Of a stretch of DNA of 64,000 nt, positions 26,399 through 38,886 are shown piece after piece. Within the stretch, counting starts at the first letter, position 1. Each line of letters opens with the position of its first letter. Under the pieces are notes generated by a model. The model had not been told where the DNA came from. It was given only the letters and a program-made list of their open reading frames with translations, and did not search any database. The position numbers and the translations under genes were made by a program. The stretch is from Perna viridis (Eukaryota), in assembly GCA_037379345.1 (NCBI GenBank), contig CM074522.1, positions 10,540,001 through 10,604,000 of the forward strand, given 5' to 3'.

Positions 26399-28659
26399 AT
26401 TGCTCGTAAAATGTCATGTTTGGGGTAGAAGAAAAAGAAAAGGAAACATGGTGAACCAAGAGACTTAGATATCATTAGAAATAAAGAAGGATGAATAAAA
26501 CCACAGTGAAGAATAGCTTTGTCAAGATTTTTTTATCTGAATGGGTACATTGATACAGTAAATAATTTGGAGTGGCCTTTTGTTTGTATGGTTTATTTCA
26601 TATAGCTGTTAAATTCTTAAAAAAATACAAACCACAATTGCCTACTTCATTTCAAGTACATGTGCACTACTCTTGTATGTAATACCCTGGTATTTGTGTT
26701 TAATGATTAGAGTTATGTCATCAGTCTCTGAGGGATTCAATCATATATTATGTAAATAATTTATGTGATAAAATGCAGTAATTTGAGGAAATTTGAAATC
26801 ATAACAGTCTTTATCATTTTGAAAATACTAAAATGTTGATTTTGGATAAAACTAAAATTCTAGAATGCTTTGTAATGTGGGTAGCATTCAGCAATCATAA
26901 GAATAATATCACTTCTTTCGCCTTATCATGGGAAATTTCTCATAGACCAGTACCACTTTTGAAGATCTATGATGTAACTTCCATTAGTGTGAGAAATCCA
27001 ACTATTGTGCAGTGCAGTCTGTGAAAAGACTTTCTCTCAACATGCTCGAGAGTGGACGAAATTCCAGATAATTTTAAACACACAACTGTTTCTTTGTAAA
27101 TTAGTACATGGTCATTATGTAAGGGATTATAGGTCCCTTTTGTACAGAGGTACAAATTATTGGTCCCTTTTCTACAGGGGTACAAATTCACTATCAAGCA
27201 TGAAAGGTCCAGGTCTTTTCAAGTTTTAAATCAATGGTCTACTTGAATAAAATAAAAAATCCTCAGTAAAGTTGGGGAACTCCTATTTAAAACCCAATGT
27301 TTGATTATTGAATACTAACATGTGAAAAAGGGAGGACATATACAGTAACCCCCCTTGAACAAATTCCTTTAGAAAATTATTCCTATTATATCCATAATAC
27401 TAAACTTTTACAGAGCTGACTTAAAAAAAACTTACAAGAAGATTAACAACAACATGGTAATGAATCACTTCCTTTACAATGTATAACCTACATTTTTCTT
27501 ATTGAAAGCCAAGCTATAGTAAATAGTCTTACCTTTTTTATTTGTCTCTGCTTTGCACTTTTAAGTTAATAAAATACACATGATAATTACTACTGAAAAC
27601 ATTAACAGTGATGATAACTCATCATAAAATACTTTAACTGTACACACTCACAGCTGGAGAGGAGTTTTGTAGAACTCTTGATAGCTTTACAATCTGGGGA
27701 TAGACCTTGGCTTGTCTATTGTTACATAAATTTCAAAATTAATATATTATTTCCATTTTCCCATGTATTTGTGATGAAAAGAATAAAATAAGATACATTG
27801 TATTAATCCAGTGCCAAGAGCTTTTTCTATGGTTTAGTTTGTTGACACACTTAGGTTGAATGTCTTGTAAGAATCTCTTTGAGTTCCTCTGCTCCAGTTT
27901 TTGGTCACTTACTATGTTAGCTTTACATTTGCAGAAATACATGTTGACATATAAGATAAGCATGGAACCAACAAAAAGAAAAAAAAAACACACACAAGAA
28001 AAGAAATGTATTATAAAATTCAATATTTTTATATGTATTAATTTTATCTTATATCATTTTGGAAAGAAAAGGGAAGATAAGAAATCAGATGGTATTGAAA
28101 AATAGGGACTGGTATAATATGTGTAAGGAAATGAAGAAATGCCTGAGTGTAAAATTATGCAAAATCTGGACAAAAATAAAGGCAGACATGACCATTAAAA
28201 CAAGACGGTAGGAGAAGTTCCAGCTAAATAGCACAAAGTAATCTCAAAGTATTTGCACACTGAAACATCTGCTGCATGAACCCCACTGAAAACCTAAGAG
28301 ATGAACTCGCAGCCTATATAAAAGTGATCAGCTCCTGCCTCTTTCCAGCCACCCCCTCACCCCATTTGCTCGTGGAAGCTAGGTCATGTCTGGTGAAAAG
28401 GGAAGCACAGTTATGACACTTAATGTTAGAAATTGACCTTCCATAGCAGTCAGTCAGGTGGCATCAATGACTGAAATGTATTATTTCCGAAGTAATTTCC
28501 CTCTTAATATTTACCCTTGCCCAACTGTAAGTAGCTAATTGTTTGGGAAGGATTGGGAAGAATAGCTTTATGAAAGATCAGAAAGCTTTGTAGAAATACT
28601 TATTATTTCCATCCTATTTGTTTTTTTTTTCTTCAGATTAAGACTTGTGAGAGTATTAA

Positions 28660-28770
28660 AAGATGTCAAAGTTTCCAGGATGGCCATCAATTAGAAGAAG
28701 ATGGCAAAGATCCCAGAATGGCCATCAATAAGATGATGTCAAAGTCCCATCAGGATGAACATCTATAAGA
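28660..28770. repeat. Degenerate tandem repeat, ~35-38 bp x3
   Basis: GATGTCAAAG....CAGGATGGCCATCAAT.AGA units. Confidence 0.75.
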
Positions 28771-29588
28771 AGACAATCAAGGTAGATCTTCTCAGAAGTT
28801 CTATGTAAAAAGTTGAGGTATTATCTTGCACAAATACTATTTGCTTACTTGTATCAACTCTTTTCGATTGTTCACAAATTCCACTATTGATTTGATCCAT
28901 AGAAAGTAGTAAATAATCAAAGCTGTTACAATAAAACTTCTTATCAATTAAATATAAGGTTCGCCAACAGTCTAATCATTGACAGTACTCATAGACATAT
29001 CCATTGATAGATATTGACAGTAACTTCCAATAAAAAATTTCACAGAAATTCCAATAAATCCTAATCTTTATACAATATACATTTCTGCTGTATTGAGAGA
29101 TGGATCATCAAGGGTTCCGTAGAAATTACAGTAATGCACAACTTTTTATTATCTAAACAATATTTCAGATGTGCTGGAATTATCTGTCTGGAAATTCGGA
29201 TAGGCCACTATTTCGACTAATCACTGACAGTCCTGTGTAGATTGACATTGATGGACACAGGTAACTGAACACAGTAATAAGAGGCTTTGATGTGTTAGTT
29301 ATATTGATGCGTTTATAATCGTGAACTGGAGTTATAGTGATTGTTTTGGTTTAATTGTAATGGTCACGATACAATCAGCTTGAACATTTAACACTAAGAT
29401 CTATTACTCACATTAAAATGATAAAAAGTTGGCTTGGAACATTAGCTATTTCAAATGAGAATATAACTGTATGAATTTCGACATAGTCACTATGGGAATA
29501 GCTATACGTAAGAAAGAGATGATGGAAGCTATAAATAGTTATCAATTGTTGCTTTTTGTTAATGGTATGGAATTTTTAAAAAACTTTA

Positions 29589-30090
29589 TGACTTGCATGA
29601 TAAACACTCTTAATTTGGATAGCCTTCAATCTTGCAGAACAAAAGCCAGGCTTGTTTTAATTTATAAGATAAATGGGGGGTTAGTGGAAGTTACAAATGA
29701 TATGCTCATACAATCAGATAGGCGCACTAGTGGCCAACATAAATTTAGGCAAGTGTATACTAACAAAGAATTCTGTAAGTATTCCTTCTACCCAAACACT
29801 AAAACTGATTGGAACAATCTCCAAGAAACTATCTGTATATCACCTTCCCTAGAGTCCTTCAAAAGTGGTATCTCCACGTTAACATTTGAAGGACGTTATC
29901 TAGCTAAATAATATAATGTAAATATGTTTAACTTCATGTTGTATATTTTAACATTAATGTAATGAATTGGGAACTTGTATTTTAACGTTAAATTTCCGAC
30001 CCCCATTTTTTATGTATATAGCACGGCAAGTTCCAGGAGGTTCCACACTCCTTGCAGAGTCTACTTCCGTATTGGAAGATGATGATGATG
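29589..30090 (+). mobile_element. 5'-truncated CR1/L2-group LINE (ORF2 C-terminus, 3'UTR, (GAT)n tail)
   Basis: LNLDSLQSCRTKARLVLIYKINGGLV...RRTSGQHKF...KYSFYPNTKTDWNNL fits the CR1/L2 C-terminal pattern (L..LYKI..GL; SFFPR....WN.LP). Tail GAAGATGATGATGATG; candidate TSD AAAACTTTA (29580) / AAAACTATA (30091). Confidence 0.85.
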
Positions 30091-33000
30091 AAAACTATAG
30101 ATTTGATATATAGAAAATATAGTCAGATATTTTTTGCCCATGTGACATATGGTAATGATGGCTTGAAAATTGTTTGTCTTGCAAGAGAAACGTTTACTCT
30201 CATCTACAACTTTTTTGGAGGCCTATGACTGGTTTTGGGTATTAAATAGAATCCCAACATGAAAAGTTTGAAAATTTGGTGTAGGTTGATATTTTCGTAG
30301 AATTCTTCATTAGAAGAGCTTTATTCCCTTGGACAGCTGAACATTCTACCCTTATTTTTTTCTAACTAGTTATAAGAAGTTACTAGTGATTTTTAAAATG
30401 AAAAAAAAAAACTTTTTTACTGACCTTCACTGATGAAATAAGTCCTCATCCATACAGTAAAATGTTTGTCTAAATGCACAAAACACAAAGTGTTTCTATA
30501 AACCAGTTGACTATACACATAATTGTTGTCCTTCAGGGCCTAAATTCATCAGAAATGTTAAAAAATACCACCAAAATTATCAATTGACTAAACAATGAGT
30601 TCCCTGGAGGAGTAACTAGATAGATTTCTTATGTTAAAAAATGTCCTCTCAGTAAAATTATCAATTACATTGTATTACTGGTAGCCAATGAAATATACTA
30701 ATTGGTTTTTGATTGAGTGACAGACATTCAGGAGACACTGAGTACCTACTGTTAGAATAATTACAAATGAATACTTTGTTGTCAAACACATCAATTAGAC
30801 AAAGAAAAGGGTGTCAGACAAGTGGGGGATATAATTACTGCTTTATTAAAATGCTCCAAGATAGGTGAGTGTTTTTTTAATTCAATTATAATTGATTTTT
30901 TCAAGTATTGCTTTTTTTATGAAGTAAAGTAATTAGTCATTTTTAATCCACTTAAATTGATAATTGAATAATAAGTAGCATTTTTGCACTTTCCTTAGAA
31001 TTATAGCTTAAATTTGATGAAGTAATTCTGTTAGACAAAGGATTAGTTAGAGTTCATATAAACTTCTAATTTCATTTGTTTTTTTTCTGGTAACGTTTTA
31101 AAGTTTAAACAAGTGCAAAATTAAGATGTTTGTTAGAGGGAGGTATAAAAATCTGTTAGGTAAAATTTTAAAGTTAACTAGATTTTTTAGGCAAAAAACA
31201 ACCAAAATGGAAACTTTATGTCAAACCAACAGATGTAACGAAATTTTATGGAATAGGGAAAGAGTACTCTACCAATTGTTATATAAGGTTATAAAAAAAA
31301 TATTCTTGTTTCAGTCTCATGGTGAGAGGATGTATTTTAATGATATACTTGTACTCATTATGAATGGTGACATATCACACCTTAAGGTTAAATATATCCT
31401 ATTCATTATCAGATGACAACCACAGATTTAAATCCTTAAAACTGGCCATTAACTCAGATACAACAGTGTTATTTATATTTCCAGTAAAGATAGTCTCTTT
31501 TAGTCAACAGGCTTATTCTAATAGAAAGAAGCTTACCTGCAAATCTGTCTTCATCCGTTCCTACATCCCGAGGCCGAAAAAACCCCAATAAATTGTGTGA
31601 ATTCTCAATGATAAATGTACCAACTTGAAGGAAATTTAAAAACATTATCACATTATACATTTTGTTCAGGTTTTAAAACAGATTTTCCCTTTAATCGAAC
31701 CAATCCTTCCGGTATTAAAGCCCAATAAACACATCTTTTTACGAGTACTTAGTCGGTCATAGAGTCTGTCAGATTGTAGGAGAAACAATCTGAAGTATTG
31801 TATAGGGTAGCATTAGATTGATGGTTTGGATAAAGCTCCAACAAGTTCTGATTTGTCAAAGGATCATTTCTTCCAATAATTTGATGTTTAATGACCTATT
31901 TACAATAAGTGCCACTATTATATTAGACATCTGTTATTTTGTACCTTATGGTAATGTTCTACCTTATGTGTGAATTTCGGTTTTTAGAGTTTTGACAAAA
32001 TGAAATGGGTCTTTCACACCATTTAATCAAGCTATCAAATTTTATGAAAGATTTGGCCCTCCTTCATATTATGGGTGACCAAAAGACATTTAGAGTTGAC
32101 ACGGATCATATTATTGAAGATTACTATCTGATATATAAGTTAAAATGTGTGTTGTCCATTCAGTATTGAAAAGAAATATCTTCTTATATTTTCTGTATAG
32201 CAGCATATGTAATTTCTCTTGACCAAAAATTGACATTTGAAGCAGTAGTCTTTCATATTAGTTTTCTATGCAAATAAGTAACTTCTTTATATTTTAAGGG
32301 TAATTTATTTAACATCTACAGTATATGAACCACTAGGGTTAAGCCGATGACCATACCTGCCATTATGGTTATCTCATACATGACAACAGGCGAAATTTTG
32401 TAAAAATGTAGTTTTCTTTCATCAAGTTGTTCACACAACATGATGATCAAACACTGAAAAAATAAAAGGTTCCAGTAAAACTAATAAGCAAGAAATGAAT
32501 GATTTAAAGTTACCCATTGGATGAAACTTAATATAGGACTAATGAATTGGTATTTACATGTTCTTTTATCAATGAATTGTGTGATTCTAAGATTTCATGA
32601 CATTGTTTGAGGGATAGATCAATGTGGAAAGAAACAAAACATGTAAGGATTTGTGTTGGCACTCATTGACACGATGAGTTCTAGAAATGGAGATCAGTAC
32701 TTACATTTTCTGTGTTGAAAGTCTCTAATTCACCATAAAATTGTAAATTTAAAAATATCAAGCAAATATTTCAATCTGACAAAGGCAACAATTTTCCTTG
32801 TCATTCGATCTCATGAGTTTCTGGGTAGTTTAATGCTGAATGGCTGAGATAATTGTGTTATCAGGATAATGATAGTGTCCCCACAGATCTGGACAAACTA
32901 TCATGTTTAGAAATTGATCTATAATTGGTGGTAGTTTGTTTATCAATAGATAAGGCTCCTTACACCTATAGGTACAAACACTCATTATAATGTACCTGTA

Positions 33001-34425
33001 TTAAAGGGGTGGACAGGTTTCTTGGTATAAGAGGGGTTGGGGGTTTCAGATTAATTAAAGAACCTAGAAGCTTCAGGACAGTTTTTTAATGAGTAAATTG
33101 TTTTTTATTAGTCATTCCTGTAAATATTTATGGGGAATCTCTTCCATTGGCTTGAAATATAGACCATGCTGAAACCCCCAGTCAACAATGAATAGGATGG
33201 CATGTCATGGTACCTGTTGTATCCTCAGACTGTATCAGAATGAATATAGTATCTCATAAAATAATTCCCAAACAGCATTGGATTCGACTTGTTTATCCAT
33301 CATTCCTTTCTTACTTATCCTCATGGACCGTTATGCGAGTCATGGTCAATTTTCTGTATGAAATTATCTAAGTTAATATTAGAGCTACATAACATATTGT
33401 GCTACCAGGTACTTATTGAATGATGTTTAAATTTTGTGTGTAGCTAAGTAGCAATGGGGGCATATGATGTAAGGAAATAGTTGCTATTTGATATCAACAT
33501 GCTTTTAGGCAGATCTTTGAATTTTTTTCATCACATGTAAATGATATATAGAAAATTTATATCACAAAACCCATAGCTTCCTCTAATGGGATCAATTTGC
33601 AGCTGCTGCTGGATAGTTAGTTCCTGTTAATTTTTCAGGCTACTTAAATGTATAAATGATAGTAAAAATTTCCTTGTAAAATCCTGACTCCATTAAATGG
33701 AATGCTTTATAAAGAAAACATCTTTTTCCAGAGTGGAAAATTCCAATGATAGGTATATCTATCTTTGATTTTGATATACACTGTATCTTGTGACAAAGCA
33801 CAACTACATGTTTTCTATGCATCTACTGTGTCAATATTTACAAAAAAATGTACAAGGGTTGTGTATTGCATGATGTTGATTGGTCTTCCTTGCTGCAGCA
33901 ATTTTAGATGATGATAACCTTACATGAACCCTAAACTATAAATATTTACTGTAAGTTTTGTAAATTACACCTTCTACAATAAACATTGATAATAAAGTTA
34001 TCTGCATATTATAATTGTGAGTCACACATCATGTAATATGAGGTTATCTCCTGACACTTGAAGGATCTATTTTAATAGGTATTTTTGGCTGTTTACATGT
34101 ATGTACTTTTCATATAAGTAAAAGGAGTATGTTTATCACTTACAGATTTATTTTTTATCAATATCTTACCATTTGGAAATGCACTTTCTTTAGCCTGTGG
34201 GTGTATCAAAAAGGATAAATATGGAAAGTTGCATATTTGGAGATAAAGCTCAGGTTCTAGGTGATACATGCACTTAAGATTTTAGTACTAAATAATAAAT
34301 ACGTTATTGTCACTAACTCCATGTGACAAACTCATTAACAATTGATGGTTAAGGCCCAATGGAGACTAATTGTTAAAAATATATGTACTGGAGTTGATTT
34401 TGAATATTTTTGAGTAGACTTGTCG

Positions 34426-34585
34426 CTCTGTAATACATATGTTATTTAATTAAATTTCATTACTATCATATTTTCATTCACTATTCAGCTGCAGTACACT
34501 CTCTGTACTGCAGCTGGATAGTAAATGAATATTTGAAAGTAATGATATTTAACTAAAATAACATATTTACCGGTATATTACAGAG
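34426..34585. mobile_element. ~160-bp foldback hairpin element
   Basis: Perfect core CAGCTGCAGTACA-CTCTC-TGTACTGCAGCTG, with imperfect arms out to CTCTGTAATA/TATTACAGAG. Confidence 0.75.
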
Positions 34586-34607
34586 AGACTTGTGGCAAGT
34601 CTAAAGT

Positions 34608-34826
34608 CTAGAAAAGCAGAGGACGCTTACCCTACCGGTGCACCTGGTCCATGCTCCCAGTTTTTAGTGGAGTCTGAGTTGCTCATTTACTTTTGTTACT
34701 TTGTATGTATGATTTTAGTTACTTTATGTTCTTTGTTGTGTATGTCTGTTTTCCATGTCTGGTCTTTGTCCCTGGATTACATTCTTTTGATTACCGCTAT
34801 AACCTTGGTTCCCTTGATTACTCTTT
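34608..34826 (+). repeat. Dispersed family A copy (best preserved)
   Basis: CTAGAAAAGCAGAGGACGCTTACCCTACCGGTGCACCTGGTCCATGCTCCCAG...CCCTTGATTACTCT. The GCTTACCCT.CCGG.GCACCTG motif is typical of bivalve Penelope-like 3' regions (recalled). Confidence 0.85.
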
Positions 34827-35764
34827 CAGGATGTGTAGATCAGTTGTGAATACAGAAATTTCAAATGGAGTGGGGTGGGGTGGGGGTTGTTGCTGTCTGA
34901 TCCAAATGGGGAGCTTTCAATTTTCTATATAATGAACCATACTTTTTGAGCATAAAAGGAAGAGGCCTATGTAGATCAATGAGGATTGAAACAAATTTTA
35001 TATTTTGTTTGTATTTAAAAAATCCAACATTTTTTAAACTTTTAGGTGGGAGGGTTGGGGGAGGTGGTATGCTTGAGGCCTGTCCCCTATAATTTTGTGC
35101 CTGTTTAAGCCTTACCCATATATGATCTTGCTTTCATATTAAATGGATTTCTCTTCTCAAATATTTCATAAATTATTCTCATTTGCAGTTTTAATGATAA
35201 TTGTCTTGTCATTTTTTGAATTTTAAAAAATTATTATGTTGATCCCTGTTTAAAGTGAAAGTAGCTAAAGTATGAAACAAATAACTTCATAGACACCAGC
35301 TAGGGCCCAAGGTGTGAATTCATAGTGGGTGGACCTAAAATTGGGGGAAATAAAATTTTTGGCATGAAGTCTTGATCTTTCACCAATTTCGACCCCAAAA
35401 ATTTGCTTCACTAGGTCTCTATTTCTGTTTATGCCCCATTTTTCTGAAATCCTAGGTTCCTTTTTAATTCCAGCTATAGACTTGTTTATTATGTTCAAAT
35501 TCTGATTTTGACATGAAAAGAATGCCATTAAAAAAAACTTCAATATTCAAATGGTACTTATTTACTTGTCAACTACATGTACTTGTAAATGTTATTTTAA
35601 ATGTCAAAACATTGATGGTGCTTTATGATGACTGACAAAAGATCATATTTCATACAAGAACTAGAACACTGTCAAGTACATGTTGGTTGTAGGGAAATTT
35701 TATAGCATTAAGGCTGTTACATGATATGTAGCTTCACATAGTTTTCCTTTCCTCTTTCATATAC

Positions 35765-35992
35765 CGCAGACTTGACTTTTTATGAGCAACTCAGCGGGTG
35801 TTTGTAGGAAAACAAAGGACATTTACCAATTGGTGCACCTGGTCCATGCTCCCAGTTTTTAGTGCTCGCTCATTTACTTTTATTTCTTTGTATGCATAAT
35901 TTTAGTTACTTTATGTTCTTTGTTGTATTTGTCTGTTTTCCATGTCTGGTCTTTGTCCCTGGATTACATTCTTTTGATTTCCACTAGAATTT
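35765..35992 (+). repeat. Dispersed family A copy
   Basis: GGTGCACCTGGTCCATGCTCCCAGTTTTTAGTG..CATGTCTGGTCTTTGTCCCTGGATTACATTCTTTTGATT is shared with the 34.6-kb copy. Confidence 0.85.
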
Positions 35993-36076
35993 CTCATAGA
36001 ACTCTTTAGGGGTGTGTTGTTCTTAAGACTTTCTGGATGAGTTGACCTCTTTATCACTTTAAAAATCTGAGGAAAT

Positions 36077-36649
36077 CAGAGGCTGGTCCAGAAATTTTGA
36101 AACAGGTTGAGGTTCAAGCTATTTTTAGCTCATTTTTTGCCAGAAGTTTGCAAGCAATTACACTCCTTGAAACGTTCATGTTTCCCATTTTAGCGTTTGT
36201 GCATTGTTTATCATGCGTTTTCACATCGTTTTGCATTCATTTAAACGCACAATAAACACACGATAGAAGCGTTCGGTTTTTTTGTACATTGATTATTTCC
36301 TTGATTCAACTGTTATTTTTATATTTTTTGCTTTTATTAATCTATACATTTTAAATAATCCTATTTTCTATTTTTTCCTTCGTCATCGTTTATGGTGTGG
36401 TTAAACGCACATGCTGTGAGCGTTTGTCTATCATGCATTTAAACGCGTGCTTGGAGCATTCGTTTATGGTGCGTTTAAATGCACGATAGCAGTGTTCATT
36501 TAAACACACAGTAGAAGCGTTTGTTTATCGTGTGTTTGTCGAGTGTTTAGCATGTTGCGATATCATGCGTGTGGGAAACCTAAAAGTCTCAAGGATTGTA
36601 ACATAATTATTCAACATTAAAGGCTTCCACGGGACTGGATCTGCTACTG
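36077..36649. mobile_element. CAG..GGCGGATCC-type MITE (5-bp TSD GAAAT) hosting a nested MITE
   Basis: GAAAT|CAGAGGCTGGTCCAG ... CTGGATCTGCTACTG|GAAAT. Confidence 0.65.
36161..36598. mobile_element. Tc1/mariner-type MITE, ~26-bp TIRs, TA TSD, internal (GCGTTTAAACGCAC)-like repeats
   Basis: Left end TA|CACTCCTTGAAACGTTCATGTTTCCC versus reverse complement of the right end TA|CAATCCTTGAGACTTTTAGGTTTCCC. Confidence 0.8.
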
Positions 36650-37869
36650 GAAATTTAGAGATTTTGATGAAAGATGGGGATTTTATTCACTGGAAACATA
36701 TGCTTCCCTGTATACAGGCCTGGGTTTCTACTAATTACACATGAAAAAAACCCTTTTTTTGTCGGATTGGCATTTTACCCATATCTCTCCCACCACAAGA
36801 CACAATCTAATTGAAATGATATCTTCAATTTTACTGCAAGCAGACATTTAATGGGAAGAGATTTTAATATGATTGTCACAGGAGGCTGTTTATTTATCAT
36901 AAAAGTAATAAGTTATTCAAAAGAAACTTTGTCACTACTGCATGCATGTGCAACTGTTATGTTGATATGTGTAAATATCATCAAAATTAATTAAGTGGTA
37001 GTCTTTGTAAGAATCGTGCAAAATCTGAAAAATGTGACACACCCTAAAAAGGCTACATTTTTTTGTAATTAAGTTGTTTTATGGGTCTTTATTATGAAAT
37101 GTGTAATTATTCATTCCAATCTGCCTGCTCTTAGGAGATAATCACCATTGAAAATCCAGTAGATTCTATTGTATTTGAGTGTCATTTACAAGGTTATCTC
37201 CCTTGATTTTGAAATCTACAGTGCATTCTATATAATTTTTATCTTCTAAGAACACAGGTTATATGAAAAATTGAATATTTATTTCTGTTTACTTTGACAA
37301 TTCAAACATAATAACAGAAATAAAAATATGTAGGCTTTTGACCCATGAATCACATTTTGCATGATTCTAAGCTGGTGTGTTACTTAAATCTTACCTTATG
37401 GTAATGGCTTGGAATTTTATAATGTCACATTTCAATAAACTCACTTATTCCATTATTCCTTTGAATTGAAATTCCCATTGCAAAATGGATTCTCTATATC
37501 GTATGCATGTTTTATAATCAACAGATTATATAACACTATTCATGTAGATTTTCATTGAACAAAAATAGCAGCAGCATGAAGTTAATAAATTATATATTGG
37601 CATAGAAAGGAAAATTGTCATTCATATGTGATAAAATATTTGAGCTAGGTTTTACAAAATATTTACTATCAAATAAATAAGACAAACATTTAATAATGTT
37701 GCTATTAAAATATGGTATGTTTGAAAACATGGAAACATCTGTCACGTGCTGATTCAACACGGGTGGGATTGGAACCCCCTTCAATTATAAAGTATTGATT
37801 TCTCCATACCCATAGACAGGGGGCTCCAGGAGGGAATTTCTGCCACCCCCTGGAAGTAAAGAAAAGCAT

Positions 37870-38135
37870 AAACAAGTACTATCTTTCAAAAGAAGGATGG
37901 CTGACGCAGTAAAAATTTCTTCTTTTTATTTCTAAGTTTCTACATTTCTTTCTAGAAAATAACACATGGCACGCGATTATAAATTTTCGATACATTTTTT
38001 TCGAATGTCACTAAGTTATCAGTATTTGGCCAATCGGGAAACAGAATCAGGTTTTTTGCGTTTCCATAGGAGAGCGCCCTTAAGGTCAAAGGGTAAAAAG
38101 CGAAAAATATACCGACTGTTGGAAAAACTGCCAAA
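37870..38135 (+). repeat. Dispersed family C copy
   Basis: Colinear with the 18417 and 58653 copies. Confidence 0.8.
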
Positions 38136-38589
38136 AACATGGTTAGAATTGGGGTTAAGCACTATCAATGTTCAGGTTTACACTCTCCAAACCCACCTTA
38201 AATGAATTCTGGCTAAGGGCCTGATCTTATAAATCATATCTCTGCTTTGTTTGTTGATTTTGCTGTCCATTCTTTACACATGTCTAATAAATATTTAATT
38301 GTTACTCATCTTCTTCCAAAACAAGAAATGCAGTCCAGTTGTGCTTGACCATAGTTCACAGTAATCATGATCTATATATTAAATTTCATTAGCTAACATG
38401 AATAATTTCGGTTCCATATTTGTGATTTTTTTTTAGAATATTATGTTTATCAAAGTTTTAAGGACAATGAACTTATGTACAATGTATCTACAGAAGGACC
38501 TTTTGTCATGTTAAAAGCATGTGTCATGAAGATTTTTAAATTACAATTTGTGTAGTTTTAATGCTCTGATCAGTAGTTCCTGTTAGAAC

Positions 38590-38886
38590 TAGTGGCAGAT
38601 TCAAGGGGGTTATGAAACTCCGGTTCGTTGGAAAACTTTATTCATTTGTACAAAATTCTGACAAATATGAGCTAAGAATAATCAAAGGAACCAAGACCAG
38701 ACATGGACAACAGACAAACACAACAAAGGATATAAAAAAACCAAATAATACATACAGAGTAACAAAGGTAACAAAAGTAATTGAGCAACTCAGACTCCAC
38801 TAAATGATAGCCTGAAGTCCCCCATTTTATTTTATGAATTTCTTAATAGGGTCCCCCCTTTTTATAAAAATTCTAGACGGCCCCTG
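38590..38886. mobile_element. GGCGGATCC-type MITE, decayed
   Basis: TAGTGGCAGATTCAAGGGGG ... TCTAGACGGCCCCTG. Confidence 0.55.
38672..38803 (-). repeat. Partial family A copy nested in a GGCGGATCC-type MITE
   Basis: AATAATCAAAGGAACCAAGACCAGACATGGA..GAGCAACTCAGACTCCACTAAA. Confidence 0.7.

Noticed and set aside
29471-29911. 146-aa ORF as a host gene
   Set aside because: It is a chimera of flanking DNA and a truncated LINE ORF2 C-terminus.
34592-34932. ORFs with KAEDAYPTGAPGPCSQFLVES, also at 26209-26475
   Set aside because: Translations of the non-coding dispersed family A repeat, not a protein family.
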